Source: Nautiliaceae bacterium
Lineage (GTDB): Bacteria > Campylobacterota > Campylobacteria > Campylobacterales > Nautiliaceae
Direction of reading: 5' to 3'
Length of the DNA stretch: 64,000 nucleotides
NCBI GenBank assembly: GCA_027011225.1
Contig: JALVAK010000008.1
Span: forward strand, 18,312 to 82,311
The translations under genes and the position numbers were made by a program. Position 1 is the stretch's first letter, and each line of letters opens with the position of its first letter. Under the pieces are notes generated by a model. That model was not told the DNA's origin and searched no databases. It saw only the letters and a program-made list of their open reading frames with translations. This document shows, one piece after another, positions 18,452 to 27,861 of the stretch.

Positions 18452-21031
18452 ATGATGAGAAGTTTATGGAGTGGGGTTAGCGGGCTGAATGCTCATCAAG
18501 TAGCAATGGATGTTGAGGGTAATAATATTGCAAATGTTAATACGGTAGGTTTTAAATATTCTAGGACAAATTTTCAAAATCTTTTATCTCAGACTATAAA
18601 ATCAGCAACAGCTCCTCAAGGAACTCTTGGAGGTAAAAATCCTTTGCAAGTTGGTCTTGGGGCTACTGTTAGTGCGGTTGAGACTATATTTAAACAAGGA
18701 AGTATTCAAAATACAGATAAAAATACAGATATGGCAATAAGCGGAGATGGATTTTTTGTAGTTAGCGGGGATGGTGGGAAAACATATAAATATACAAGGG
18801 CTGGTGATTTTAGTTTTGATGCTAATGGAAACTTTGTAGACCCAAATGGATATATCGTGCAAGGATGGTTGGCGGATTCAGAAACTCATACTATTGATAC
18901 GGCAAGCGGAGTGAAGCCAATTTCTATTCCTCCAGGTCTTACAACTCCAGCTCATGCTACAAGTAAAATTCAAATAAAAGCAAATTTAAATAGTGGAGAC
19001 CATATTATAGAGATGAGTGGTACAAGAGCTACAGTTGACCCGCTTGATGATATGAATGGATTGTATGATGCAAATGGGAATGTAATTGAGCTAACTCCAG
19101 ATACAGATTATATCTCTCTTGCAATTGATAAAAATAATGATGGAAGTATTGATACAGCTACAGAGATTTATAAATTCACTTATGGAAAAAGCATTTCTGA
19201 TACTGATAGAAAATTTAAGACTATAAAAGATTTAGTAGATGAGATTAATCAAATTATAAAAGATACTACAGGAGAGATACCATCTGCTATGTATAAAGTA
19301 TATTTAAATGGTAATGGTCAAATAGTAGACCCTCAAAATAGAATAAAAACAGAAATATATCTTGCATCTACAAACAATATTTTACAAAATGTATTTAAAG
19401 GGCTTGATGGTCCATCTACTACTACAGCAAGTATTAAAGCTATACAAAATTCATTTATAGGGGCAGATGATGTAGGAGAGCTTTTTAATGCAAATGGAGA
19501 TGCGTTTAATTTAGAAGATGGGCAAGGAATTATTGCAAATATAACAGGTCTAGGAGAAAATAGAAAATTTATTTATACTTCAACTCCTATAAACGAAACT
19601 CAAGGCTGTGCTAGTGCTAGTGGAAGTTATCAGCCAAAAACTCCAATAACTACTGATTCAAATGAAGGTCTTCACTGGACTTATGATTCTAATGATAAAA
19701 GAGCATATTTAAATGTAAATGAACAAATTAAAATAACTTATGGAAATAATACTTCAAAAACTTATGTGTATGGTAAAGATTTTCAAACTATTAATGATTT
19801 ATGTTGTCTTATGAATTCTGATTTAAGTAATTTAGGGCTTGATGATGTAGTAAGCGTTAGAGATGGGAAAATTATTGAGAGCAATGGTAATGGTATTCAA
19901 GATGTAGAAGTAGAAGATTCTAATGGGAATGCTGCTGATACTACTACAGATAATAGACTTGGTAGACTTCAAGCAATATTTAATGGTTTAAATAATAGTG
20001 GGAGTGAATCAAATCTCATCAAAAAAAATGATATTTATTACTTTCATGATATTGAAGATTTAGTATATCTTTGGCAGCTTGCAATTGATGATAGTGGAGA
20101 TAGTTTAAATTCTACTACAAATAATAGCGGAGTTGTAGATATTAATCAAGATGGAAAAATTAAGATTATTAACACTTCACCAAACTCATTTAATATTAAA
20201 ATCTCTGGATATCCAGACGATGATAAAGATAATCAATTATTTACTGATGCATTCTCTCCTATAAATGGAACACTTGCTGCAGGAGGAGTAGCAACTACTC
20301 AAAATATAAATGCAGCTGTACATACTACTAGTATTGATATATTTGATTCGCTTGGAAGCAAACATACACTAACTTTTCATTTTAGAAAATGGCACACTTC
20401 TATAAATCCAAATGACCCAACTACTTGGAAATGGTATGCTGAGGTGCCAAGACCATCTACACTTGATCAGCCATCATATGGAGATATTAAATTTAATCCA
20501 GATGGAAGTTTAAAAAGCTATAATCCGCCAAGTTTAATTTTTAATCCAAATAATGGGGCTGAGCCTGGACAAGCAGTGCAGCTTGATTTTGGTACGATTG
20601 GAAAATTTGATGGAATTACTTCATTTGAAGCACCAAGTACTACTTCTGGACAAACTCAAGATGGATATCCAGGAGGAGATTTACAACAACTGGTAGTCGA
20701 CCAAACTGGAACAATTATTGGAGTTTTTACAAATGGTAGAAGCTATTCTCTAGCTCAAGTAGCGCTTGCAAAATTTGTAAATAATGAAGGTTTAATGAGT
20801 GAGGGGGGAGCATTGTTTAGTGCATCTCCTAATTCAGGTGAGCCTATTATAGGTACAGCAGGAACAGGAGGAAGAGGCACAATTCAGCCAAGTGCGCTTG
20901 AGATGAGTAATGTGGATTTAAGTAGAAGTCTTACTCAATTAATTGTAATTCAAAGAGGCTTTCAAGCAAACTCTAAAACTATTACCACTTCAGACCAGAT
21001 GTTAAATACTCTGCTTCAGCTTAAACAATAA
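18452..21031 (+). CDS. flgE: Flagellar hook protein FlgE (large epsilonproteobacterial type)
   Basis: MMRSLWSGVSGLNAHQVAMDVEGNNIANVNTVGFK at the N-terminus and LEMSNVDLSRSLTQLIVIQRGFQANSKTITTSDQMLNTLLQLKQ at the C-terminus. 859 aa. Has its own sigma54 promoter. Confidence 0.92.
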   Translation: MMRSLWSGVSGLNAHQVAMDVEGNNIANVNTVGFKYSRTNFQNLLSQTIKSATAPQGTLGGKNPLQVGLGATVSAVETIFKQGSIQNTDKNTDMAISGDGFFVVSGDGGKTYKYTRAGDFSFDANGNFVDPNGYIVQGWLADSETHTIDTASGVKPISIPPGLTTPAHATSKIQIKANLNSGDHIIEMSGTRATVDPLDDMNGLYDANGNVIELTPDTDYISLAIDKNNDGSIDTATEIYKFTYGKSISDTDRKFKTIKDLVDEINQIIKDTTGEIPSAMYKVYLNGNGQIVDPQNRIKTEIYLASTNNILQNVFKGLDGPSTTTASIKAIQNSFIGADDVGELFNANGDAFNLEDGQGIIANITGLGENRKFIYTSTPINETQGCASASGSYQPKTPITTDSNEGLHWTYDSNDKRAYLNVNEQIKITYGNNTSKTYVYGKDFQTINDLCCLMNSDLSNLGLDDVVSVRDGKIIESNGNGIQDVEVEDSNGNAADTTTDNRLGRLQAIFNGLNNSGSESNLIKKNDIYYFHDIEDLVYLWQLAIDDSGDSLNSTTNNSGVVDINQDGKIKIINTSPNSFNIKISGYPDDDKDNQLFTDAFSPINGTLAAGGVATTQNINAAVHTTSIDIFDSLGSKHTLTFHFRKWHTSINPNDPTTWKWYAEVPRPSTLDQPSYGDIKFNPDGSLKSYNPPSLIFNPNNGAEPGQAVQLDFGTIGKFDGITSFEAPSTTSGQTQDGYPGGDLQQLVVDQTGTIIGVFTNGRSYSLAQVALAKFVNNEGLMSEGGALFSASPNSGEPIIGTAGTGGRGTIQPSALEMSNVDLSRSLTQLIVIQRGFQANSKTITTSDQMLNTLLQLKQ

Positions 21032-21035
21032 CAAT

Positions 21036-21058
21036 TCAAAAAGCTTTTAGCTTTTTGA
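21036..21058 (+). terminator. Putative intrinsic terminator after flgE (weak, AT-rich)
   Basis: TCAAAAAGC-TTTTA-GCTTTTTGA, a 9-bp stem located 5 nt after the flgE stop. No clean T-run beyond the stem. Confidence 0.4.
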
Positions 21059-21074
21059 GAATGAAAAATATAAG

Positions 21075-22853
21075 ATGGAAAATGTAAAATTATTTGAAAA
21101 AAATATGAAATTTTTATACTCTCACCTTCCTCATTATTATAATTTAGTAGCATCTATAAAAAGCAGAAGATTTTTAATAAAATCCAATAATATCTTAGAT
21201 ACTAAATTAAACCAATTTGTATATCCAAACTCTATTTATGAGGATAGTGAAAAGTTAGCATTTTATCCTACTCATAATAAGTTATGGCAAAAAGATTTTG
21301 CATTTATTAAACCAAAAAAATGGGATGAGAATAAATTTTATATAACAGGCAAGATTATTAATAAAATGATTGATAAATATGAAAAGTTAAATCACACAAA
21401 TGGATTTTATTTTGATAAAAATTTTTTGCCTACAACAATTATTTATGGTCTTTTATCAGGATACCATCTTGAAATTTTAGCTAGAAATTTTGAATTTCAA
21501 TCTTTGCTTGTTTATGAGCCAAATGAGGAGTTTTTTGCTATTAGTTTATATTTTGTAGATTATGAGAAACTTTATAAAAAACTTGGAGAGAGGTTTTTTA
21601 TACAAGTTGGAGGAAAATTAGATGAAAGAATAGTTGAGAAATTTTTATATGAAAGAGTAATTACTTCTACTTTTTTGCAATTATCACTAACAACTTATAA
21701 TCATCCTTTGATAGAAGATGCTAAAAATTTATTTTTAAATTTATCTTTAGCAAAACTAAGAGGATGGGGGACGTATGAGGATGAAATAATTGGAATAAAA
21801 AATCATTTTGAAAATATTAATAGATATAAGCTTTTAAGAAAAAAAGTTAATTTAAATATACCTGTTTGTGTAGTAGGGAGTGGAAAAAGTTTAGAGAAAA
21901 GTTTTAAATTTTTAAAAGAAAATCAAGATTCAATGATTATTATCTCAGTTGGTACAGCACTTAAGCCTTTAATGAGTGAAGGAATTAAGAGTGATTTTCA
22001 TATTGAGCAAGAAAGAATTGAAATTTTAATAGATGCCCTAAAAGATGTATTACCAAAATATAATGGATATTTTATAGGCGCTAGTGTAGTAAATCCTAAA
22101 ATTTTTAAGATGGCAAAAAATCCTTTGATGTATATAAGAAGTGGTTTTACTTTTGAAAAGTTTTATGACACTCCTTTGAAATTAACTTCTCCACTTGTTG
22201 GAAATGCAGGGGTTGCGATAGCTTCAATGTTTACTAAAGAGATATATCTTGTGGGAATGGATTTAGGATTTAGGATAGGAGAGAGAGTACATTCAAAAAA
22301 TAGCTTTTATGATAAGAAAAAAGATATTCAAAAAAGCGCTCTTAAAGTGAAGGGGAATTTTAGTGAAGATATCTATACCAATTCACTTTTTTTAACTTCA
22401 AAAGAAAATATAGAAAAATTAATACAAAAAGAGAATTTAAAAGTGTATAATCTAAGTGATGGAGCATTTATAAAAGGAAGCATTCCTTTAGAATATAAAA
22501 AACTTCCTAAAATTAACAAAAAAGAAGCGATTGATAAAATACTCTCTTTATTTGAAGATACTAATTTTCAAACTCCTGATGTAAATCCTCATAAACTTTT
22601 ACTTGCTATCTCAAAAGCGCTTGAGAAAACACCAAAAAATTATAAAGAGCTAACCGGGCTTATAGATTTTTTGGAAGATTTGATAAAAGGGTATGCGCTA
22701 AAAGATGAAGCGGGATATAATCTTGTAAAAGGCTCGCTTTGGCATATTCTTTTTAATCTTTATGTTCTCTCTCACAAAATTTCTTTAAAAGATTTTAACA
22801 AGCTTGCAAAAATAATAAAAAAAGAGATTTTTAAGTTAAATTTTGAGTATTGA
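21075..22853 (+). CDS. Motility accessory factor (Maf/DUF115-like, putative flagellin glycosyltransferase)
   Basis: About 590 aa with a central nucleotide-binding-like VCVVGSGKSLEK and downstream GMDLGF, similar to Campylobacter Maf proteins. Directly follows flgE. Confidence 0.6.
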   Translation: MENVKLFEKNMKFLYSHLPHYYNLVASIKSRRFLIKSNNILDTKLNQFVYPNSIYEDSEKLAFYPTHNKLWQKDFAFIKPKKWDENKFYITGKIINKMIDKYEKLNHTNGFYFDKNFLPTTIIYGLLSGYHLEILARNFEFQSLLVYEPNEEFFAISLYFVDYEKLYKKLGERFFIQVGGKLDERIVEKFLYERVITSTFLQLSLTTYNHPLIEDAKNLFLNLSLAKLRGWGTYEDEIIGIKNHFENINRYKLLRKKVNLNIPVCVVGSGKSLEKSFKFLKENQDSMIIISVGTALKPLMSEGIKSDFHIEQERIEILIDALKDVLPKYNGYFIGASVVNPKIFKMAKNPLMYIRSGFTFEKFYDTPLKLTSPLVGNAGVAIASMFTKEIYLVGMDLGFRIGERVHSKNSFYDKKKDIQKSALKVKGNFSEDIYTNSLFLTSKENIEKLIQKENLKVYNLSDGAFIKGSIPLEYKKLPKINKKEAIDKILSLFEDTNFQTPDVNPHKLLLAISKALEKTPKNYKELTGLIDFLEDLIKGYALKDEAGYNLVKGSLWHILFNLYVLSHKISLKDFNKLAKIIKKEIFKLNFEY

Positions 22854-24363
22854 TTACATCTTTACTCTCAGCCCAACCTCTTCTTGCTTGGTTGATTCCA
22901 TATTTTATAAACCCAAGCTCTTCTTTTTTATTTGCATTTGATACTATTGATATTTTTACTCCCGTTTCAATGGCTTTTTTTATTAATGTATCTCTTATTA
23001 AATTATTTGGTCTTGATATTACTTCTAATTTAACATTATTTTTTGCCATTTCTTTAAAAATCAAATCATAATCTATTTGTGGCTCAATATTATTTTTGAT
23101 GTCTCTAAAAAATCTTAAAAAGTCAACTTTTTTTATAGCTTCTAATACCATTTCATTAGAAGCATCTTTATCTACAATTCCTACTAAAAAATCATAATTT
23201 TTTTGCGGATTGATAGCTTTTATATTTTGCTCTAATACGCTAAATATTTTGATATCATCTCTTTTTATAAGAGAATTTCTAACTCCTATGTATTTATAAC
23301 CTTTTTTTATAGCCTCATCTATTAACTCGCTTGATATATTTAAATCTCCTTTTATCTCTTCTAGCTTGACTAAATTTGGCAATTTATTTTCTAAACACGC
23401 TTGAATTTCTCCTCTATTTTCTCTAAGCTCTGGCTCTATAAAACAAAGACCAACTGCTTTATATACTTCTTCTTCGCTTGCACCTGCTATTTTTTTGTTA
23501 TCTTTATATACTCCATATTCATTTACTTTCATTCCTTTTTCAATAGCTAATTTTCTAATTTCAATATTATGGGCTTTGCTTCCTGTAAAATAATGAAGAG
23601 CTGCACCATAGCTATCTTTACTTACAGCTCTTAAATCTACTTGCAAATCATTTTCTAAAAACACAGTTGAGCGCGTAAGACCAGCGGAGTGTATTTCTTT
23701 TACTTTTGGATATTTTATAAAGTATTCACTAACTTTTGGATAATCTTTTGCGACTACTAAAATATCTAAATCTCCCACGCTTTCTTTTTTTCTTCTATAA
23801 CTTCCTGCAATTTCTACTATCTCAACTCCTGGGAATTTTAAAAGATAGTTTTTTAAATCCTCTGCTATTTTTTCAACTTCTGCCCATAAAAATCTAATAC
23901 CGGCTTTTTTAAGCTGTTTTACTCCTTTTAGAATTTTTTCAATGAGTTTTGCTCCAAATCCAGATAATTTTTCAAGCTCTCCATTTTCTGCATATTTTTT
24001 AAGCTCATCAAGTGAAGTAATATGAAAAGCTTCATAAATTTGTTTTATTCTTTTTGGACCAAGCCCTTCAATTGATAGCATATCCACAAGCCCTTGGGGC
24101 ACTTCTTTTTTAAGCTCTTCAAGTTTTGAGAATTTTCCAGTAGTTACAATTTCTTTAATATTAGCGCTTAAATCTTTTCCAATCCCGCTAAGACGAGTTA
24201 AGTCAAATCCTTCTTTTACTAATTTATTAAAATCTTTGCTTGAATTTTCTACTATTCTTGCGGCATTTCTGTAAGCTCTTACTTTAAATGGATTTTCACC
24301 TTTTATTTCAAGCAAATCTGCAGTTTGTGAGAGCATTTGAGCAATTTGAGAATTTGTAACCAT
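22831..24363 (-). CDS. polX: Family X DNA polymerase (PolX) with degenerate C-terminal PHP-like domain
   Basis: HhH motifs and the PolX catalytic segment GSYRRKKESVGDLDILV. Start moved to ATG 24363 (MVTNSQIAQML...), because the 25-aa upstream extension is low-complexity. See finding on the PHP region. Confidence 0.8.
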   Translation of the reverse strand: MVTNSQIAQMLSQTADLLEIKGENPFKVRAYRNAARIVENSSKDFNKLVKEGFDLTRLSGIGKDLSANIKEIVTTGKFSKLEELKKEVPQGLVDMLSIEGLGPKRIKQIYEAFHITSLDELKKYAENGELEKLSGFGAKLIEKILKGVKQLKKAGIRFLWAEVEKIAEDLKNYLLKFPGVEIVEIAGSYRRKKESVGDLDILVVAKDYPKVSEYFIKYPKVKEIHSAGLTRSTVFLENDLQVDLRAVSKDSYGAALHYFTGSKAHNIEIRKLAIEKGMKVNEYGVYKDNKKIAGASEEEVYKAVGLCFIEPELRENRGEIQACLENKLPNLVKLEEIKGDLNISSELIDEAIKKGYKYIGVRNSLIKRDDIKIFSVLEQNIKAINPQKNYDFLVGIVDKDASNEMVLEAIKKVDFLRFFRDIKNNIEPQIDYDLIFKEMAKNNVKLEVISRPNNLIRDTLIKKAIETGVKISIVSNANKKEELGFIKYGINQARRGWAESKDVINTQNLT

Positions 24364-24470
24364 GAGAGACCTTTTTTTATTATTATAGTATAAATTTGAG
24401 TATTTAAATATGAATTTGAAGTAGTAAAAAGTATGCAAAAAATAATAATAAACTTATGTTGTTGTTTTTG

Positions 24471-24479
24471 TGATATAAT
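24471..24479 (+). promoter_or_regulatory. Extended -10 promoter element for typA
   Basis: TGaTATAAT located 20 nt upstream of ATG 24499. Confidence 0.45.
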
Positions 24480-24498
24480 TGCGAAAAAAAGGCACTTA

Positions 24499-26307
24499 AT
24501 GAAAAATATTAGAAATATCGCAGTTATAGCTCATGTTGACCACGGAAAGACTACTTTGGTAGATGAGCTTTTAAAACAATCAGGAACTCTAGATACCAGA
24601 AAAGAGATTGGTGAGAGAGTTATGGATTCTAATGACCTTGAAAAAGAAAGAGGTATTACAATTTTAAGTAAAAATACAGCTATTAAATGGAAAGATTATA
24701 AAATCAATGTTATAGATACGCCAGGGCATAGTGATTTTGGTGGAGAAGTTGAGAGGGTTTTAAAAATGGTTGATGGCGTTTTGCTTCTTGTAGATGCTCA
24801 AGAGGGTGTTATGCCACAAACTAAATTCGTTGTAAAAAAAGCATTATCTCTTGGACTTAAGCCAATTTTGGTAGTAAATAAAATAGACAAACCTGCAGCT
24901 GAGCCTGATAGAGTAGTTGATGAGGTATTTGATTTATTTGTAAGTATGGGAGCAAGTGAAGACCAATTAGATTTTCCTATAATTTATGCAGCAGCAAAAA
25001 ATGGTATAGCAAAATGGAATCTTGAAGATGATAATAAAGATATGACTCCAATTTTTGAAGCAATAACAAAATATATTCCAGCTCCAAGTGGAGATGAAAA
25101 CAAACCTCTTCAAATGCAAGTTTTTACGCTGGATTATGATAATTATGTAGGAAGAATAGGGATTGCTAGAATTTTTAATGGAAAAGTGAAAAAAGGAGAT
25201 AGCGTAACACTTGTAAAAGCAAATGGAGAAAAAATAAATGGAAGAATTACAAAGCTACTTGGATTTTTAGGGCTTGATAGAATAGAAATTGATGAAGCTA
25301 GTGCGGGGGATATTGTAGCAGTTGCAGGATTTGAAGCACTTGATGTTGGAGATACAATAGCTGATAAAAATAGCCCTGTAGCGCTAGACCCGCTTCATAT
25401 AGAAGAGCCAACAATTAGTGTAATTATGAGTGTTAATGATTCACCTTTGGCGGGAACTGAAGGTAAAAATGTAACTGCTCCTAAACTTAGAGATAGACTT
25501 TTTAAAGAGATGGAGACAAATATCGCAATGAAGATAGAAGAGCTGGGTGAAGGTAAATTTAAAGTTAGTGGAAGAGGAGAGCTTCAAATAGCAATTTTGG
25601 CTGAGAATTTAAGAAGAGAAGATTTTGAATTTTCACTCTCACGTCCAGAAGTTATTATAAAAGAAGAAAATGGCGTAAAACTTGAGCCTTATGAATACGT
25701 GGTAGTTGATGTACCTGATGAATACTCAGGTGCTGTAATTGAAAAATTAGGGACTCGTGGCGGAATTATGAAAAATATGATGCCTTTATCTGATGGAACT
25801 ACAAGGATTGAATTTGAAATGCCAGCACGCGGGCTTATTGGATATAGGGGCGAATTTATGACAGATACAAAAGGTGAGGGTGTACTTAATTCAAGCTTTT
25901 TAGAATTTCGTCCAGCTACTACAAAACCTTATAAAAGAAAAAATGGAGCACTTATTTCTATGGAAAATGGAGTAGCAACTGGTTATGCTATATTTAACCT
26001 TCAAGAAAGAGGCAGAATGTTTATAAAACCAGGGGATAAAGTTTATAATGGTATGATTGTAGGAGAGCATTCAAGAAGTAATGACCTTGAAGTTAATCCA
26101 ATAAGAGGTAAAAATCTTACAAACGTAAGAGCAAGTGGAAGTGATGAAGCAATAAAACTTGTTCCACCAGTAGAGCTTACGTTAGAAAAAGCGCTTGAGT
26201 GGATAGAAGATGATGAGCTTGTTGAAGTTACTCCAAAATCAATCAGAGTCAGAAAAAAATATCTAGACCCAGCTGAGAGAAAAAGAATGAGCAGGAAAAA
26301 GTCTTAA
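24499..26307 (+). CDS. typA: Translational GTPase TypA/BipA
   Basis: [31 protein letters not shown] and NKIDK GTPase motifs, with typical BipA length. Start moved to ATG 24499, downstream of an extended -10 box. Confidence 0.95.
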   Translation: MKNIRNIAVIAHVDHGKTTLVDELLKQSGTLDTRKEIGERVMDSNDLEKERGITILSKNTAIKWKDYKINVIDTPGHSDFGGEVERVLKMVDGVLLLVDAQEGVMPQTKFVVKKALSLGLKPILVVNKIDKPAAEPDRVVDEVFDLFVSMGASEDQLDFPIIYAAAKNGIAKWNLEDDNKDMTPIFEAITKYIPAPSGDENKPLQMQVFTLDYDNYVGRIGIARIFNGKVKKGDSVTLVKANGEKINGRITKLLGFLGLDRIEIDEASAGDIVAVAGFEALDVGDTIADKNSPVALDPLHIEEPTISVIMSVNDSPLAGTEGKNVTAPKLRDRLFKEMETNIAMKIEELGEGKFKVSGRGELQIAILAENLRREDFEFSLSRPEVIIKEENGVKLEPYEYVVVDVPDEYSGAVIEKLGTRGGIMKNMMPLSDGTTRIEFEMPARGLIGYRGEFMTDTKGEGVLNSSFLEFRPATTKPYKRKNGALISMENGVATGYAIFNLQERGRMFIKPGDKVYNGMIVGEHSRSNDLEVNPIRGKNLTNVRASGSDEAIKLVPPVELTLEKALEWIEDDELVEVTPKSIRVRKKYLDPAERKRMSRKKS

Positions 26308-26322
26308 TTTTCTGCTTTTTTT
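26290..26322 (+). terminator. Intrinsic terminator of typA
   Basis: AGCAG(G)AAAA ... TTTTCTGCT stem with one bulge, spanning the stop codon and followed by a T7 run. Confidence 0.6.
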
Positions 26323-26390
26323 AATAATACTTTTTTCATCTTTTTTTCTTATAATTTTTACTTATAACTTAGCAATTTTTCAGATATCTT

Positions 26391-26399
26391 TGGTAAAAT
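26391..26399 (+). promoter_or_regulatory. Extended -10 promoter element for the TolC-MFP-RND operon
   Basis: TGgTAAAAT located 32 nt upstream of ATG 26431. Confidence 0.4.
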
Positions 26400-26430
26400 T
26401 CATCAAATTTTGTATATCAAAAGGAGCGGT

Positions 26431-27861
26431 ATGAAGAAATTTTTATTATTGTCCGCTTGTCTTTGTGGATTATTTGCAAAAAGTGTTGATTTTGACACGA
26501 TTTTAAATGAAACTTTAAAAAACAATTTAGAATTAAAAGCAAAAAAATTAAATATTGACAAAGCAAAAGCGGATTTGAAAAAAGCAAAAGGATATGATTG
26601 GGGTACTCTTACTTTAGGAGAGGAGATAAGCAGAACTAATAATGCACTTTATGTATTTGGAATGAAACTAGAAAGTCGCGAGGCTACATTTAGAGATTTT
26701 GGGTTTGCTGATTTTTTAGGGGGAGTTTCTCAAGCATTACAAATGGCAAATGGAGATTTTGGAAAATTTTCTAATATAATGCAAGACCCTAATATGCAAA
26801 ATAGACTTTTATCAACAGCGCCACATGATTTAAATAATCCTGGAAGTAGAACAAATTTCAAAACAAAACTTGTATATGAAGTTCCTCTTTTTACAGGATT
26901 TAAATTAAAATATGCAAAAGAGATGGCAAAGCTTCAAGTAAAAGCAAATAAATATAAATTCTCTCATGATAAAAATAAACTTGCTATTGAAGTTTTAAAA
27001 GCATATAATGGGACAGTTGCTGCGAAATATTTTATAGATGCACTTAAAAAAGCAAAAGAAACTACTGCTTCTTTTGTAAAAATGATTAATGCTTTTTATA
27101 AAGAAGGAATGGCTACAAAAGTTGATTTGTTACAAGCTAAAAAAAGAGATAATGAAGTAAAAGCTATGCTAATTGAAGCGAAAAATAAGTATAATTTAGC
27201 TCTTAGTTATCTTAGATTTTTAAGTGATGATGATACAATTACTGGAGTAAAAGATTTTAAAATTATCTATCCTCCAAATAAGCCTTTAGAAGAGCTAATC
27301 AAAGATGCTTTAAAAAATAGAGATGATTTAAAGTGGATGAGAGCAAATGTAGAGACTATGCAAAAAAAAGTAAAAATGGATAAGAGTGATTATTATCCAA
27401 TGATTGGAGCACATTTAGAGTATGGATTCAATGACAATCATCCAACTTTATCTACAAAAAAAGACTATTATCTAGCAGCAGTAGGAATGAATTGGAAATT
27501 ATTTGATAAATCAAGAAGCGGCGCAGTTGAAAAGAGTAAAATTGAAGCAATTCAAACAAACTACTATTATAAATATATGAAAAATGGCGTAAAACTTGAT
27601 GTAAAACAAAAATATCTAAATTTCCAAACAAAACATGCAATAGTAAAAGAAAAAATTGTTAATAAAAACTTAGCAGAAGAAATCCTCAAAAAATACACAT
27701 ATATGTACAAACAAGGGATGATTAACTTAACACTACTTTTAATGAAAGAAGCAGAAGCTAGAAAAGCAAGAGCTGAGCTTATTAAAGCAAAATATGATGA
27801 AGCATTAGCAGCAGCAGAATTAAAACAGGCTATTGGAGATTTATTAAAGGAGAGTAAATGA
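26431..27861 (+). CDS. TolC-family outer membrane efflux protein
   Basis: Signal peptide. Two repeated helical/beta halves typical of OEP/TolC. First gene of an OMF-MFP-RND operon. ATG 26431 sits behind AAGGAG. Confidence 0.8.
   Translation: MKKFLLLSACLCGLFAKSVDFDTILNETLKNNLELKAKKLNIDKAKADLKKAKGYDWGTLTLGEEISRTNNALYVFGMKLESREATFRDFGFADFLGGVSQALQMANGDFGKFSNIMQDPNMQNRLLSTAPHDLNNPGSRTNFKTKLVYEVPLFTGFKLKYAKEMAKLQVKANKYKFSHDKNKLAIEVLKAYNGTVAAKYFIDALKKAKETTASFVKMINAFYKEGMATKVDLLQAKKRDNEVKAMLIEAKNKYNLALSYLRFLSDDDTITGVKDFKIIYPPNKPLEELIKDALKNRDDLKWMRANVETMQKKVKMDKSDYYPMIGAHLEYGFNDNHPTLSTKKDYYLAAVGMNWKLFDKSRSGAVEKSKIEAIQTNYYYKYMKNGVKLDVKQKYLNFQTKHAIVKEKIVNKNLAEEILKKYTYMYKQGMINLTLLLMKEAEARKARAELIKAKYDEALAAAELKQAIGDLLKESK

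Noticed and set aside
20803-20808. G6 homopolymer inside flgE as a possible phase-variation tract
   Set aside because: It is too short compared with the G8 or longer tracts that phase-vary in Campylobacter. It encodes the conserved SEGGALF segment of the FlgE C-terminus.
22850-23071. Antisense ORFs within polX, the efflux genes, the EPS locus, the AAA gene and nuo (22850-23071, 27452-27640, 29342-29605, 31232-31554, 42778-43053, 43784-44080, 45170-45391, 45422-45859, 47076-47279, 47289-47552, 49971-50201, 50431-50628, 51603-51812, 51865-52050, 58800-59105)
   Set aside because: Each is fully or largely embedded antisense in a motif-supported gene. These are expected chance ORFs in AT-rich DNA, where stop codons are depleted opposite K/E/N-rich frames.
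24364-24498. N-terminal extensions proposed by the ORF track for polX (to 24438) and typA (from 24433), which would overlap each other
   Set aside because: Conserved N-termini begin at ATG 24363 and ATG 24499. The extensions are low-complexity, and an extended -10 box (24471-24479) lies inside the typA extension. Similar extensions were trimmed for the TolC-like gene (26410 to 26431), the UbiA-family gene (60593 to 60677), the lipoprotein (63307 to 63400) and the CheZ-like gene (6773 to 6812).
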